From NCBI GenBank assembly GCA_013115125.1, contig JABANN010000113.1:49874-69873 (forward strand): DNA of 20,000 nucleotides, given 5' to 3'. Made by a program: the position numbers and the translations under genes. Of the stretch, positions 1 to 9,978 are shown one piece after another (position 1 is the stretch's first letter; each line of letters starts with the position of its first letter). Origin of the DNA: Perkinsus olseni (Eukaryota). Under the pieces are notes generated by a model. That model did no database searches. It saw nothing but the letters and a program-made list of their open reading frames with translations, and was not told where the DNA came from.

Positions 1-694
1 CAGCTGCGCCTTCTGGTGGAACCAGTCGCCAACACCGACATATTCACTTGTACGCCCATTGGAGCGATTCTGCAGACGGGAAGGGGCCTGGCTTCAACGG
101 AAATACGTATGTATATGATATCGATTATTGGGGCGTGCGCTCCTTCCGCGAGTTTTATCTATCAGGTGATTTCAAACGTGGACCGCGACGGGTGAGATCT
201 TCATTTGATGCGGCTTTCGCATCGGTAAGAGGAAATTCGTCGACGGAGCGACGCGCGATGGTCCTTCATTTCGTGGAGTACGGCGGCGCGTCATCACGCA
301 GAAGGCGGTCGGCCTCTTTTCGTCTCAATTAGTGTCCTCAGGACGGTGAAGACCGACTTATTAAGAACACAGCGCCAAGCTTCGTCGCCTGGAATGCATT
401 TAGTTTGCATTATCAATACCAAAATTGTGACAATTTTCGAGCTTCTGCCTGTTCGCCATCATCAGTCCGGCTTAGCTTTATCGTAGCTTGAACTCGGAGC
501 AGCATGAGGTCATCGTAGTGAAAGTGGGAGGAGCAAAAAATATTGTTCGGGTTTTCAGGAGCTAGTTGACAAGAAGAAGTTCCTAACGGCGACCGTGGGT
601 TCAGCGAAGGTTGATCCTCTGAAGTTCATGTCTGCGGGTGGCCCACTGGAAGTCTCGCAACCAGCGGGGAGACCGTCGGAATCTCCTCGAAAGA

Positions 695-767
695 GCGTCT
701 ATAGGACAGGCGTTAAGAGGTTGACGTTCGGGCGGGTAGATCGTGGGTTCGAATCTCGGTGACGGCT
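695..767 (+). pseudogene. Degenerate tRNA-like sequence
   Basis: B-box/T-loop AGATCGTGGGTTCGAATCTCGG at 738-759; 5' GCGTC loosely complements 3' GACGGC about 72 nt away; D and anticodon arms do not fold convincingly. Confidence 0.4.
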
Positions 768-959
768 TTGAGTAATGTAGTATTCGATATCTTCCTTTTG
801 AACTGAAGGCGGGCGCTCAAGAACCTACAGAAAATAGTCAGTTTGCACGTGGCATGGATATCTTCCGTCAAGTCGTACCCGGCTTCCACCATTAGGGGGG
901 CGAATATCACCGAAATTTTTTGTCTCGAGCTGAGTCATGGTAAAACGGGACGACTGTCC

Positions 960-1249
960 GTGATTGTGTAGGTGCACAATCCACTTCCCCCTTGCGCTAG
1001 TAGTGTCTGTTACTACTGTATTCATGAAAAAATATTCCACAGTGTTCCTACTGTATTTATTAGTAACCCCGCGGCCAGGAGCACGAATGATTTCTTGGAG
1101 GTGTGGTACTGTGGTTGTGTAGGGACACAATCCACTTGTCTACTACAGTAGCACTAGTAGTTTTACTGTATCCATAGATATCGGGCTTCACTCGGTTCTA
1201 CTGTAGTTTCATCACTATCCTTATGGTCAGGTATCACATCACTTGGAAG
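960..1249. repeat. Diverged tandem duplication, period about 151 bp
   Basis: GTGATTGTGTAGGTGCACAATCCACTT (960-986) vs GTGGTTGTGTAGGGACACAATCCACTT (1111-1137), 24/27 identical; both units then carry TACTGTA twice and end in CTTGGA. Confidence 0.8.
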
Positions 1250-2744
1250 TCTGTTCGCTATCAACGCTGTTCGCTGACGATATCGTCGAGCAGAATTGCG
1301 GTCTGTTGCTCGCCTGCTCGGACGATGAAGTCAAAGCTAACAAGGTGAGCTCGACGAGGGCCGATCGACTGATCAGTTTATCTTGCTCTCTTGCATTTTC
1401 TCAACGCCAGGATTAGCTACGACTTCCCTGTCAGGGCAACGATGTGTTGCGGCGCCTCGTACACTTCCGTCTCCAGCGCATGGAGGAAGAATCTTCGGCC
1501 GGGCGTGCGCTGCACATAGGAGTGTTTCAAGATGGTGGATTTGCCGGGGTGATCTCGATTGGGACGGAGCGGACGCAGAAGGGGGTGCTCGAGGACAAGT
1601 TCGTCGTGAGGCTAGCCGATGCTATAGCTGGGCCTGGTGATTTGAGTAAATGCAAGGCTTTGTAAGAGTGCAAGATTCTCAGGAGCTGCTACAGTATGTT
1701 TGAGAACGAGCCTTTCCCGTTGGGCACCTTTGTTGTTTCCTAATCCCGACTGTGAAGATGCGGCGGCGAGACTGAGCAGATTTACGTGTAAGTCGATCGT
1801 AGCGGTCGATGGTGGAATGGTGCGCGTATTGTCATACTCTTGTGTTCATTCGTTGATAACCTCCATGAGGATCGGCGGTCCTCTCTCGGGTAAATTTTCT
1901 CTATGGACTGGGTGGGGCTGTATGGCCTCCTCTCGGATTAGTCAGACCGGCGACTGTGATGGCGGGTTGATTACGGAATGTCTGGTATCCTGGTGGAGCG
2001 GGTGGGATTCAATAGGCTGCGTCTTTCGTGAGTGAGGAACATACAGACCGAGTTTGACCGAATACATCACTGCAGTCGCCGTTCAGTTAATTGCTGAAAT
2101 TAGGAGAATTAGCTGAAATTGTGTGTATAGTCTTCTGAGGAGAAGGAGGAGCTGCAGGATGGGAGAATAAGATGTTTTACACTTGATGGTCTATTGGCAT
2201 GAGGTTGATAAAAGATTGGCAATTCCCAGTATCTCCCTCAGATTCTTCTAAGAGTCCTGGGGTGGTATTCGGCGACCCTACTAGGCCGGCTGAGGAGGGA
2301 CACTATGATTTACCAGCCATGGCAGCCCGTATTGGTATGGTTAGGAGTCGGGGTAATTTCACCTTCGGCACTCCGAAATTGACCATGGCCGGCCCGCCCC
2401 AAGTAGGTATCTGTTTTGCCGTTCGCCAGGTTGTGAAGCGGTCGCCGAGATTTCGTCATTCTATGATAGAAAGGTGAAATATAAGAATATAATAGATTTC
2501 TAATTGTCTAGTGACAATGTCCATGATGAAACTCCTATTTCCACAGCACAGTTGTGATACTCCGATCTACAATTCCGATGATTTTTATCGCTGGAAAGCG
2601 CCGCCAACCACGGCGATATTTCTGAAGCGATCTTCGTGAAGCCCATGGGTCAATTAGCAGAGCCAACTCTTCGGTTTTTCGGCAGTGCCGCACCGGTACA
2701 GTACCGGTGTATAGTACCGGCGGTACTATCCAGCGGGATCGCGA

Positions 2745-3434
2745 GTGTGCTCATCGTGGAGCGGGACGAGAGCCGCTGGTGGTGCACTGGGACTCATGAA
2801 CTTACCTTATTATTTCTGTAGTGTTGGCGACGCTGCGTCGCTGACCTCACGACAGAGTATCCCACCGAGCGCACCGATGCAGAATAGCAAATCATTGGAG
2901 ACGTGTACTGAGGTCGAAGCAGTATATGGAGTTGAGGTGCCGCGATCCAAACCACCAAGATCCCGATATCTACGTTGGTGTGATAAGAAATCCGACCATT
3001 CTGCACTCAGTGTGCAGAAGAGAAGGCACGTAATCTGCTCACACATACATGGACATAGGAGAGTGATCTTCGTCCAGCAAGAGTCCCCTGGCGAACTATC
3101 CTTTCGACCGGCTATGGAACTGCTCAGCGCGACATTCGGTCGTGATAAGTTCTCTACATTGGAAGTGAGGCTGTATACGACATATATTGTATACAAAACT
3201 GGCTTCGGTCTGCTGCATGTGGCCCAGTACGGTAGATGGCCATCTGGACCCAATTGTGCTACGGAGAAACTTTCGATGTCACAGCGGAAGTTACACCCGC
3301 AGTGGAGGAGGGCGAGGGTGTCACCTCATGGTACTGGATATCTTGTTCTGCTTTTCCCTGTGGGGGTCGCCCCCTCCACTGGTTTCGTAGCCGCTGGCAT
3401 CAACACCATCATTACGGAGGCAAAACGTCAGTGA
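2745..3434 (+). CDS. Longest ORF (229 aa), hypothetical; possibly an exon starting after the TTATTTCTGTAG acceptor at 2821
   Basis: Length and a plausible upstream acceptor only; no recognisable motif. Confidence 0.2.
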   Translation: MCSSWSGTRAAGGALGLMNLPYYFCSVGDAASLTSRQSIPPSAPMQNSKSLETCTEVEAVYGVEVPRSKPPRSRYLRWCDKKSDHSALSVQKRRHVICSHIHGHRRVIFVQQESPGELSFRPAMELLSATFGRDKFSTLEVRLYTTYIVYKTGFGLLHVAQYGRWPSGPNCATEKLSMSQRKLHPQWRRARVSPHGTGYLVLLFPVGVAPSTGFVAAGINTIITEAKRQ

Positions 3435-3833
3435 CGTGACGTCACATCATGGTGCGGTATATCTGAATATCTTGTCTCGTTGTGGGTTACGGCCGCTCGG
3501 GGAGCTGCGAGGCCTTCCGTTCGGCACTATTATGCCTTGAGTTTGAGTTCTCATAGACTCGAATCATCACGGAGTCTCCCGTGTCAATCACGGAAGTCCG
3601 CATGTCATGGGCATTCTCTGAAGAGATTCCCTCCGGGATTAGTGACTCGTCATGAGTCGCTTTCAACTGGATTTTTCGATTTTTCTGGATTTTTCCAATT
3701 TTTTCTTCGATTTCTGAATTTTCCGAGGAAAAATTCTATCGATGTATGCAGTTCAGTACTGTGCTCGCTATCAGTTGCGCGGCTCGGACCCGCTGGATGG
3801 GGCTGCGTTCACTCACGGCGAAGGTTCACATGG

Positions 3834-3860
3834 GCACGGGTTCGATTCCTGGTGGTGGCC
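3834..3860 (+). pseudogene. tRNA 3'-half-like fragment (B-box)
   Basis: GCACGGGTTCGATTCCTGG matches the GGTTCGANNCC T-loop consensus; no foldable 5' half. Confidence 0.35.
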
Positions 3861-3929
3861 TATTAAGTGAGTGACTTCCGAGAAAATCCGAGTTTTGCTG
3901 TTTGGGGGCCGTTCGTCGCTGGCCATTTC

Positions 3930-4191
3930 ATGAAGAGCAAGCATCAAGTTTAGATACCTAGGCTTGAGCGTACCGAGTTTGACCCACTCGTGGCTGGCGC
4001 TTCGTGCTGGGCGGAGGAAGAAAATATCTGAGGATCTCGAGAAGTAGGTTGTTGCTCGTTTCAAAAGACCAGCTAGTCACCTCCGAGACTAGTGTATTGC
4101 GAAGTTCTCTGAGCCTTTTCCTTCTGTTTCGTGTCCTGTTTCGGGCGGTAGCTCTACGACATGAGCGCCGTCGTAAACCTTTGGGGGCCAC
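3930..4191 (-). pseudogene. Possible bHLH-like fragment
   Basis: RRATARNRTRNRRKRLRELRNTL resembles a basic region plus helix 1 and, in another frame, VKLGTLKPRYLNLML resembles helix 2; the conserved ERxR glutamate is absent. Confidence 0.15.
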
Positions 4192-4570
4192 CTTAAAGAT
4201 TTTACTACCTCCCGTATCACAGTATTTCTGAATCTCGTCAATCTACGCCCGTTTTTGCCGCATTGCTCGGGTATGTCTTTTAGCGGGTGAGCTTCTCTGT
4301 CAAACAGTGAGGTTGAAGATACTCGTAAAGTGATGGTATTTCCCTGTCAGCGAGCTTAGGTATATTATCAAAAGAATCTTTCGGGTGTCACACCAGTGGT
4401 GTGACAAACCTTAACCTAGTATCTTCGTATCGTCATAGTGCTTCACAGCAACCGTTCTGTCAGAACGGTTGCTGTCGCACAAATATCTCACGGATCAGAT
4501 TCGAGAGCGATCGCCGAATTGAAGAGGAGACCAACACGGCGTTGGCGATAGAATTTGCGAAGCTCCAGCA

Positions 4571-4639
4571 GGCCATGGTGGAGACCGAAACTTCCAAGGA
4601 TGCTCGAGTAGGTCCCGGGTTCGATCCCAGCATGATCCA
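4571..4639 (+). pseudogene. tRNA-Ala-like 3' half
   Basis: AGGTCCCGGGTTCGATCCCAGCATGATCCA (4610-4639) resembles the 3' end of eukaryotic tRNA-Ala; GGCCATG at 4571 partially complements CATGATCC. Confidence 0.45.
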
Positions 4640-4853
4640 TATTTGCAAGGATGAGTATTTGCTGGAGTAATGGTCACTTGGAAGGGTGAGGCCTGGTAGA
4701 ATGGTGGTCGGGAATGGTTTCCCTCCGACCTTTCTCTTCGTCATACGACGTCATTCGTGACGTATAAGTCTTATTCCCGGGCGCGAAAAGTCCGATGAGT
4801 GTTCATGAGCAGCTGTCAAGTGCCGCTTTCAGGAGAACGCGGCTGCTCCTGCT

Positions 4854-4923
4854 GCGGTGTTTGAGAGAAGAAAGAGTTGTGATGAGGACGGTGAGATCCC
4901 GGGTTCGAATCTTGGATACTGCT
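4854..4923 (+). pseudogene. tRNA-like fold lacking a D arm
   Basis: 7-bp acceptor stem GCGGTGT (4854-4860)/ATACTGC (4916-4922) with G-U pairs; T arm CCGGG-TTCGAAT-CTTGG; D region replaced by a purine run; anticodon loop non-canonical. Confidence 0.5.
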
Positions 4924-6320
4924 TTCTCTGCTTTATCGCCATTGGTTAGAAGAATCTGAACGGAATAATGATCTTGAAAACTCTTCTAGTCGCTAGCTGC
5001 TGCGATTTGCTTGCTGATGCTCCGGAAGTGTCTGGGGAAGGGCCGAACTTCGTTGTTGTTTTGGCGGTTGATAGCAGTCCCTTTGCCGAGGAAGCGCCAA
5101 AGTAGTGAGATATGACGGTGCTGTTCAGGCACGGCTAGGGGCATCACCGCGGGTGATCTCAGAGGTGGGAGTGTGTCGCTTCTCCGTTGTCGCTCTCAGC
5201 CAACGCAAGATGGGAAGAAGCGTAAAGTCTGCATGAAATTCTCGTTTGAGCCTAGGACGGTCCTCCCTGCCAGCATCGCGCCAGCTAACTTCGTCGTGGA
5301 GCAGAACTTTCGGTAGATCTTTAGCACTTCCAACCAAGTGATAAAGGTGATTTATAAATCTATGGACATACAATGGTATTTGAATTTACGACGGGACCAT
5401 CGGAATCAGAAAATTTCTGTAATTTTCTACCACCGTCTTCCAACGCGTCTGGCTCGATTAACTCGATACGCTGTTCCTCACTGCTGAGATTAGAGATAAC
5501 GCAACATGACAACTTGAGCCAAGATGGCTACGTTAGTAACCGGCCTCTCTCCTAGAACCTCTGATAATAAGTGCCTCTATAGACTTCTGATGACAATAGC
5601 TGACGGCAAAACTACATCATCTTGCACTCTTGCTATTCCTCTACAATCAGTATATAAATACTCAACACTCACCGAATTCTGTACTGCTTTTCATATCAAT
5701 TTTCTGCACCTCGCGTTCTTGCCTGACCACTCGAATATCAGGACGATCGACGCAAGAGCTGCAGTGTCTGAAGCAAGCATGGTCGCACCGCATGGAGTCG
5801 CGGACCTTCACGCAGCAAGCAGACGCCCTCGAGGAAGCTGCCAGTGAGGGAGCTCGCATGGTTAAGACCACGAGAGCAAAATTAAAACGGGTAGAGAGAA
5901 TTTTTTTGATGGGAATTTTGAGGGCGGAATTTTCTGTGATGACATAATTGGATGATCGGTGGCCAGTCCTTTGATGGCTGTCAGATCCGAGAAGAATGTT
6001 CAGATCGGGAGATGATTGCGAAACTGGCTAAGGATGCAGCTACGGCGGCTAAGCGGAAGGATGAGTGAGCTAAAGATACCGATATCTTTGCGCACAGCGA
6101 AGATTTCTAGTGTTTCTGGTTGTTTCGGTCAGTCCGTCATATGGGGCGTTGAAGCAAGCGAAGAGAGAGAGGAGGACGGAGTTTAGAGGCTGCGAACGGG
6201 CGAAAGAGGAGACACTGATAGGTGCGTTTTGTGTGCATTCCTGCTGGTGATACCACTCCATTCGGAAATCCTGGATTGCCATCGGTGAATGAGTGGGCTG
6301 TAGTCTACAATGCTCTAGAG

Positions 6321-6362
6321 GCGAGGTGCCGGGATAGAACCAGGGACCTTTCGCTTGTTAGA
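6321..6362 (-). pseudogene. tRNA-Val(AAC)-like 3' half
   Basis: Minus strand TCTAACAAGCGAAAGGTCCCTGGTTCTATCCCGG resembles tRNA-Val CTAACACGCGAAAGGTCCCCGGTTCGAAACCGG; 5' half missing. Confidence 0.5.
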
Positions 6363-6558
6363 ACTGCAGCTAATCGAAAAGGAGGTGGAAGAAAGCAAGG
6401 CGAGCATGGAACAGGCGAGGAGTCGAGCGAAGAAACATATTGAATGCGCTGTAGCGTGTGAGAAGAGCGGAGACCACGCGATCGGCCGAGTGCAGGTTGA
6501 GCAGCAGCTTCGAGGGGTGGGTGGGCAAGTTATCGAAAATGTGCGCTATCTGGTTGCA

Positions 6559-6586
6559 GTAGTTGTAGTTGTAGTTGTAGTTGTAG
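6559..6586 (+). repeat. (GTAGTT)n microsatellite
   Basis: Four perfect GTAGTT units plus GTAG. Confidence 0.95.
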
Positions 6587-6590
6587 AACA

Positions 6591-6696
6591 CAACATGAGT
6601 AGATTGGGCTCATAGTGAACGAGACAAAGCAGATAGGAAGTGGAGTAGTTGAGAGAATGGATTGATAATGCGAAGCTAGTATGAGCACAGCTCCAT
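6591..6696 (+). repeat. Dispersed repeat family A, copy 1
   Basis: 6628-6696 matches 15532-15600 at 66/69; 6591-6615 matches 7150-7174 at 22/25. Confidence 0.9.
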
Positions 6697-7149
6697 CGTG
6701 TTATGTAGACAGGGCAAATGGAGAAGTCAAGTTGCTGACAATACTGTGCTTCTCCGCGAAGTTGGTCCTATAGCAGATTTATCGAAGGGTGCGGGCGCTT
6801 CCGTCACGCGCCACGAAATTGGTACCGCTTGGTGTCGTCTCAGGTTTCCGCAGAGCTTGAAGAAGTACTGGGACGGCTGCGTGGCTTGGAGGAAGAGCGA
6901 GCAGATTTGCAAGAGGAAATCAACGTAAAGGAGCAGCTATTGGGTGAGCGAGTTGCCCCCCTCGCGTGAAAATTTTTTTCGTATTTTCGTGAGATTTTCT
7001 GATCAGCAACAGTGAGTTTTTTTTCGGGGGCCTGGGATTTTTAATAAATGGCAGTGTGGAGTCGAGTATCCCCGCGCTTCTCTTTTTCCCTCTTTTTTTT
7101 CGAAAGAGGTTCTGCATCATCTATTTGAAGGGAATGTAGTTCCCGAGCG

Positions 7150-7240
7150 CAACAAGGGTAGATTGGACTCATAGACTATGAGCATTATCTCGTCCACTAT
7201 GAATTATAGAGCAGATAGAAAGTAGCATCATTGACAGAAT
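7150..7240 (+). repeat. Dispersed repeat family A, diverged copy 2
   Basis: CAACAAGGGTAGATTGGACTCATAG and TAGAGCAGATAGAAAGTAGCATCATTGACAGAAT align colinearly with copy 1, with an internal insertion. Confidence 0.75.
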
Positions 7241-7347
7241 AACTTTTTTCTTGTTTGATGAGGAACCTGGTAAAGACGAGTTGTTATCGGCTCTTCTGTT
7301 CCGTTGGTCATAGCGCAACAATGGAAAGGTGAAGCATAGACTAGTGC

Positions 7348-7749
7348 TTGGAGTTGATATCAAAGGTTTTTGCGGAGGATGTGATTCGGGAAGTGATTTG
7401 GTCGCTGTTAGATCGACTGTCAGCAGAGATTTCGTCCGTGCCGCCGACCTCTCGGATACGGAGCGTGCATCAAGCTAAGATACGTTTGAATAGGCAGGAA
7501 GTGTCAGATGTGAGTATTGGGGAAGCATCTTTGAGGTTGACCATGCAAGATACGGAATAGCTCGGGTCGTGGTTGTGTCAGGCGCGTCAGAAGCTTGACG
7601 TGATCGACGGGAAGGTGAAAGCGGAGCAAAAACAGCAAGAGAAGCTCAAGAAGGAGATAAACGAATTTAAAGATACTCTCGAGCTAATCGATAAATTCAG
7701 TCACAGGAGGAAGTTCAAAGACAGGTGGAATTTGCTTTTCGTACAATGA
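7348..7749 (+). pseudogene. Spectrin-repeat-like helical fragment with a candidate 51-nt intron (7510-7560)
   Basis: Removing GTGAGT...AATAG removes the in-frame TAG and gives QEVSD-LGSWLCQARQKL...KLKKEINEFKDTLELI...KDRWNLL, i.e. the WL helix A and RW helix C hallmarks; the B-C region is shorter than a canonical repeat and the acceptor is weak. Confidence 0.4.
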
Positions 7750-8352
7750 AACGGTTGATCGATTTCGACGATTGGCACTCCTATGACAGTTCTCACAGAT
7801 CGTAGCGACGCTGCGGTTGCGGTAAAGCGAGCAACAGCGGTCTGGAATCATCGTCCATTTTGACGCGTTTCAACGTGAACACGTCAAACTAGTTCTTGAT
7901 TCTACATGGTCACTGAATTAGATACTGAAATTCTTCCGTCAGTTGGAAGAAATTGTGATCGTCATACGAGTAGTTGGTCCTTTGCAGCCGTGAAAGTTCG
8001 GGGTCTTCAGGCTGGAAATAGTGGACAGACTGAATCGATCCACGGCCTCTCTGAAAGATTTGAACAAAAAGGTCGGCGGAGCGAAGGCGGAGCTCGAGAT
8101 GATCGATGACATGGCTGTAGGGAGAGAAATCTACTGGAGCGTATCTTTATCCGTATCTTTCATGAGTGACAAGCTTTCCTAAGACGCCCATAATAAGGAA
8201 TGAGATAGCTACGTATCTGACTTGCCTATCGCTGATGGTACGATTGTCGAAACTTCTCGTTGTATTATTTTGACCGTTACTTTTACTACTACGCGAGCAT
8301 GCCAGGGCGTCGAGCTTTTCTCACTTTGGTGTAAGTTTTGTGGAGGTAGAAG

Positions 8353-8393
8353 TGCTCGTGCTTGGGATTGAACTCGGGTCGTTGGATTGTCAG
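8353..8393 (-). pseudogene. tRNA-Gln-like 3' half
   Basis: Minus strand CTGACAATCCAACGACCCGAGTTCAATCCC resembles tRNA-Gln AATCCAGCGATCCGAGTTCAAATCTC; T stem broken. Confidence 0.35.
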
Positions 8394-8526
8394 GCTGAAT
8401 CGAAGGAGCTCCTCGAGTTGGTCGAAGAGACTCGCGCTAAGGCGGAGATTTTCATGCTCTATCCCGCATCAGATCGAGCGTAAGGCCGTTCCGTTCCGAT
8501 AGCGGGATCTCTGCGTATGTCAGTGA

Positions 8527-8560
8527 CGTGAAAAAAATCGTGAAAAAATCGTGAAAAAAT
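8527..8560 (+). repeat. 11-12 bp tandem repeat CGTGAAAAAA(A)T x3
   Basis: Directly visible. Confidence 0.9.
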
Positions 8561-9452
8561 TGTAAATTTCCCCACCCAACCAGCCTCAGTACAGCGCTGT
8601 GCACTAGGCAGTGTTGTTGATTACCGACTTGAGAGAGAAGCCATTCCGTGTTGTTAGATACTGCGCGAGCATCGGGAAGTCGAGAGGCCGGGAGTAAGCT
8701 GCCCTCTTTTGGTGATGGTTAGATTTTTGCTGGTCATTCAGGTGTTGTGTGACAGCTGGGCCGATAAGGCGCAGCAGATCTATCGAGAGATGGTGAGAAG
8801 GGTCTTTTTTAAAGAGTGATTGAATACGCCACGCTTTCGAGATGGCGCTCTATGATAAGGAACCACGGTGAACTTGAACGGGTTGAACCTTATCTTCGCT
8901 GGACATACCTAGCTCGTGGCCAATCTTGCCATGAAATCTGTCGCCGATGTTGCATGTTTTCGAAGTCAATCGGTAAGTTTTTGCGAAAAAAATGAAATTT
9001 CAGGGGGAAAATTTTTTCATACGACGATCAAACGACTGCGTGCACAGCGTGTGGTCAGGAATTACGCGTTGCGTATGGACGAAACATTCCCGCGTGTAGT
9101 GTCTCGATGATCTTTGCATCAGGTGCCTCGAAGATGAGTGGTGCCGCCTGGAGATCCCGCTGACTTTGAGAAGGGAGGGTTTAGAGTGCGCATCGCCTAG
9201 GGAGGTGAGTGACGGTGATCACTGGCATTCAGTTATTCAATAGTGATAAATTACTGATTTAACAGTGGTAAAAAATTCACGGTGAAATGGATAATCCATT
9301 ATGGATTAACGAATTGATAATATTTAACCAAAGGGTCACCATAACCAACCCTGTGATATCCTCGTTGTGGTTGGACTGGCCGAGTCTCGTTTACTAGCCC
9401 TACCCGAACACGCAGTTTCATCAGGGGCGTCGGGAGACAGCAGTGCTATCAG

Positions 9453-9566
9453 GTGGACTCGATCGGCGTTCCAGAATCTCTGACGGTTGTCATATTCTAC
9501 TCACCGTGGAACAGGGAATGCATGAGAAGGCGCGACGATATGGTTACAGCAGGGAAGGAATTACAG
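9453..9566 (+). CDS. Thioredoxin/PDI-like domain, exon with the active-site region (5' boundary uncertain)
   Basis: Translates VDSIGVPESLTVVIFYSPWNRECMRRRDDMVTAGKELQ, matching the thioredoxin VxFYxPWCxxC...A..L pattern; frame open from 9357; candidate acceptors end at 9424, 9452 and 9474; followed by CAG|GTGATC donor. Confidence 0.65.
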
Positions 9567-9609
9567 GTGATCACTTGCTCTCTTGCATTTCCCTAACTAT
9601 TTCCTCCAG

Positions 9610-9867
9610 GGACTACCGGCGTGCGACACGGAGGAGCTTCGGGTTGTCTTCGTCAATGTCGAGTCCGTTGATTCTGATATTGGTTCTCTCGAGGAGGCCG
9701 ATCGATTCATCGTCGAGAATCATCTTGAAGGCCGCCTGCTGCCTGTCGTAAAGCTGCACAGAGGCTCGGAGATTTTCTTTTACGAGGGAACGCTATCGCC
9801 GTTGGCGAGCGTAAAGGATTGGATCGTTGACAACTGCTCTGCTGGTGGAGGACTCGGTGTAGGTTAA
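9610..9867 (+). CDS. Thioredoxin/PDI-like domain, second exon
   Basis: 43-nt phase-0 intron 9567-9609 with CTAAC branch point and TTTCCTCCAG acceptor; exon encodes LRVVFVNVE...LPVVKLHRGSEIFFYEGTLSPLASVKDWIVDN, the C-terminal half of the fold including the cis-Pro and YxG...WI elements. Confidence 0.7.
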   Translation, partial: GLPACDTEELRVVFVNVESVDSDIGSLEEADRFIVENHLEGRLLPVVKLHRGSEIFFYEGTLSPLASVKDWIVDNCSAGGGLGVG

Positions 9868-9941
9868 GTGCTAGAAAAACGGTGCTGTTCACTTGTCTTT
9901 TGAAAATAATAATGAACGTACTAGCGAAAACAGTGTTTTCA

Positions 9942-9978
9942 CCTAAGCTCACGTGTTTTCAAAACACGTGAGCTTAGG
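9942..9978. repeat. Perfect 18-bp inverted repeat with 1-nt centre
   Basis: CCTAAGCTCACGTGTTTT-C-AAAACACGTGAGCTTAGG. Confidence 0.97.

Noticed and set aside
1444-1665. GNAT acetyltransferase
   Set aside because: Only the HIGVFQDGGFAGVISIG strand pair resembles the fold; the acetyl-CoA-binding motif A is absent, so not listed as a feature.
6355-6615. ESCRT-III/Ist1-like protein
   Set aside because: Generic charged helix resemblance, runs into a microsatellite and abuts a tRNA-like relic on the other strand.
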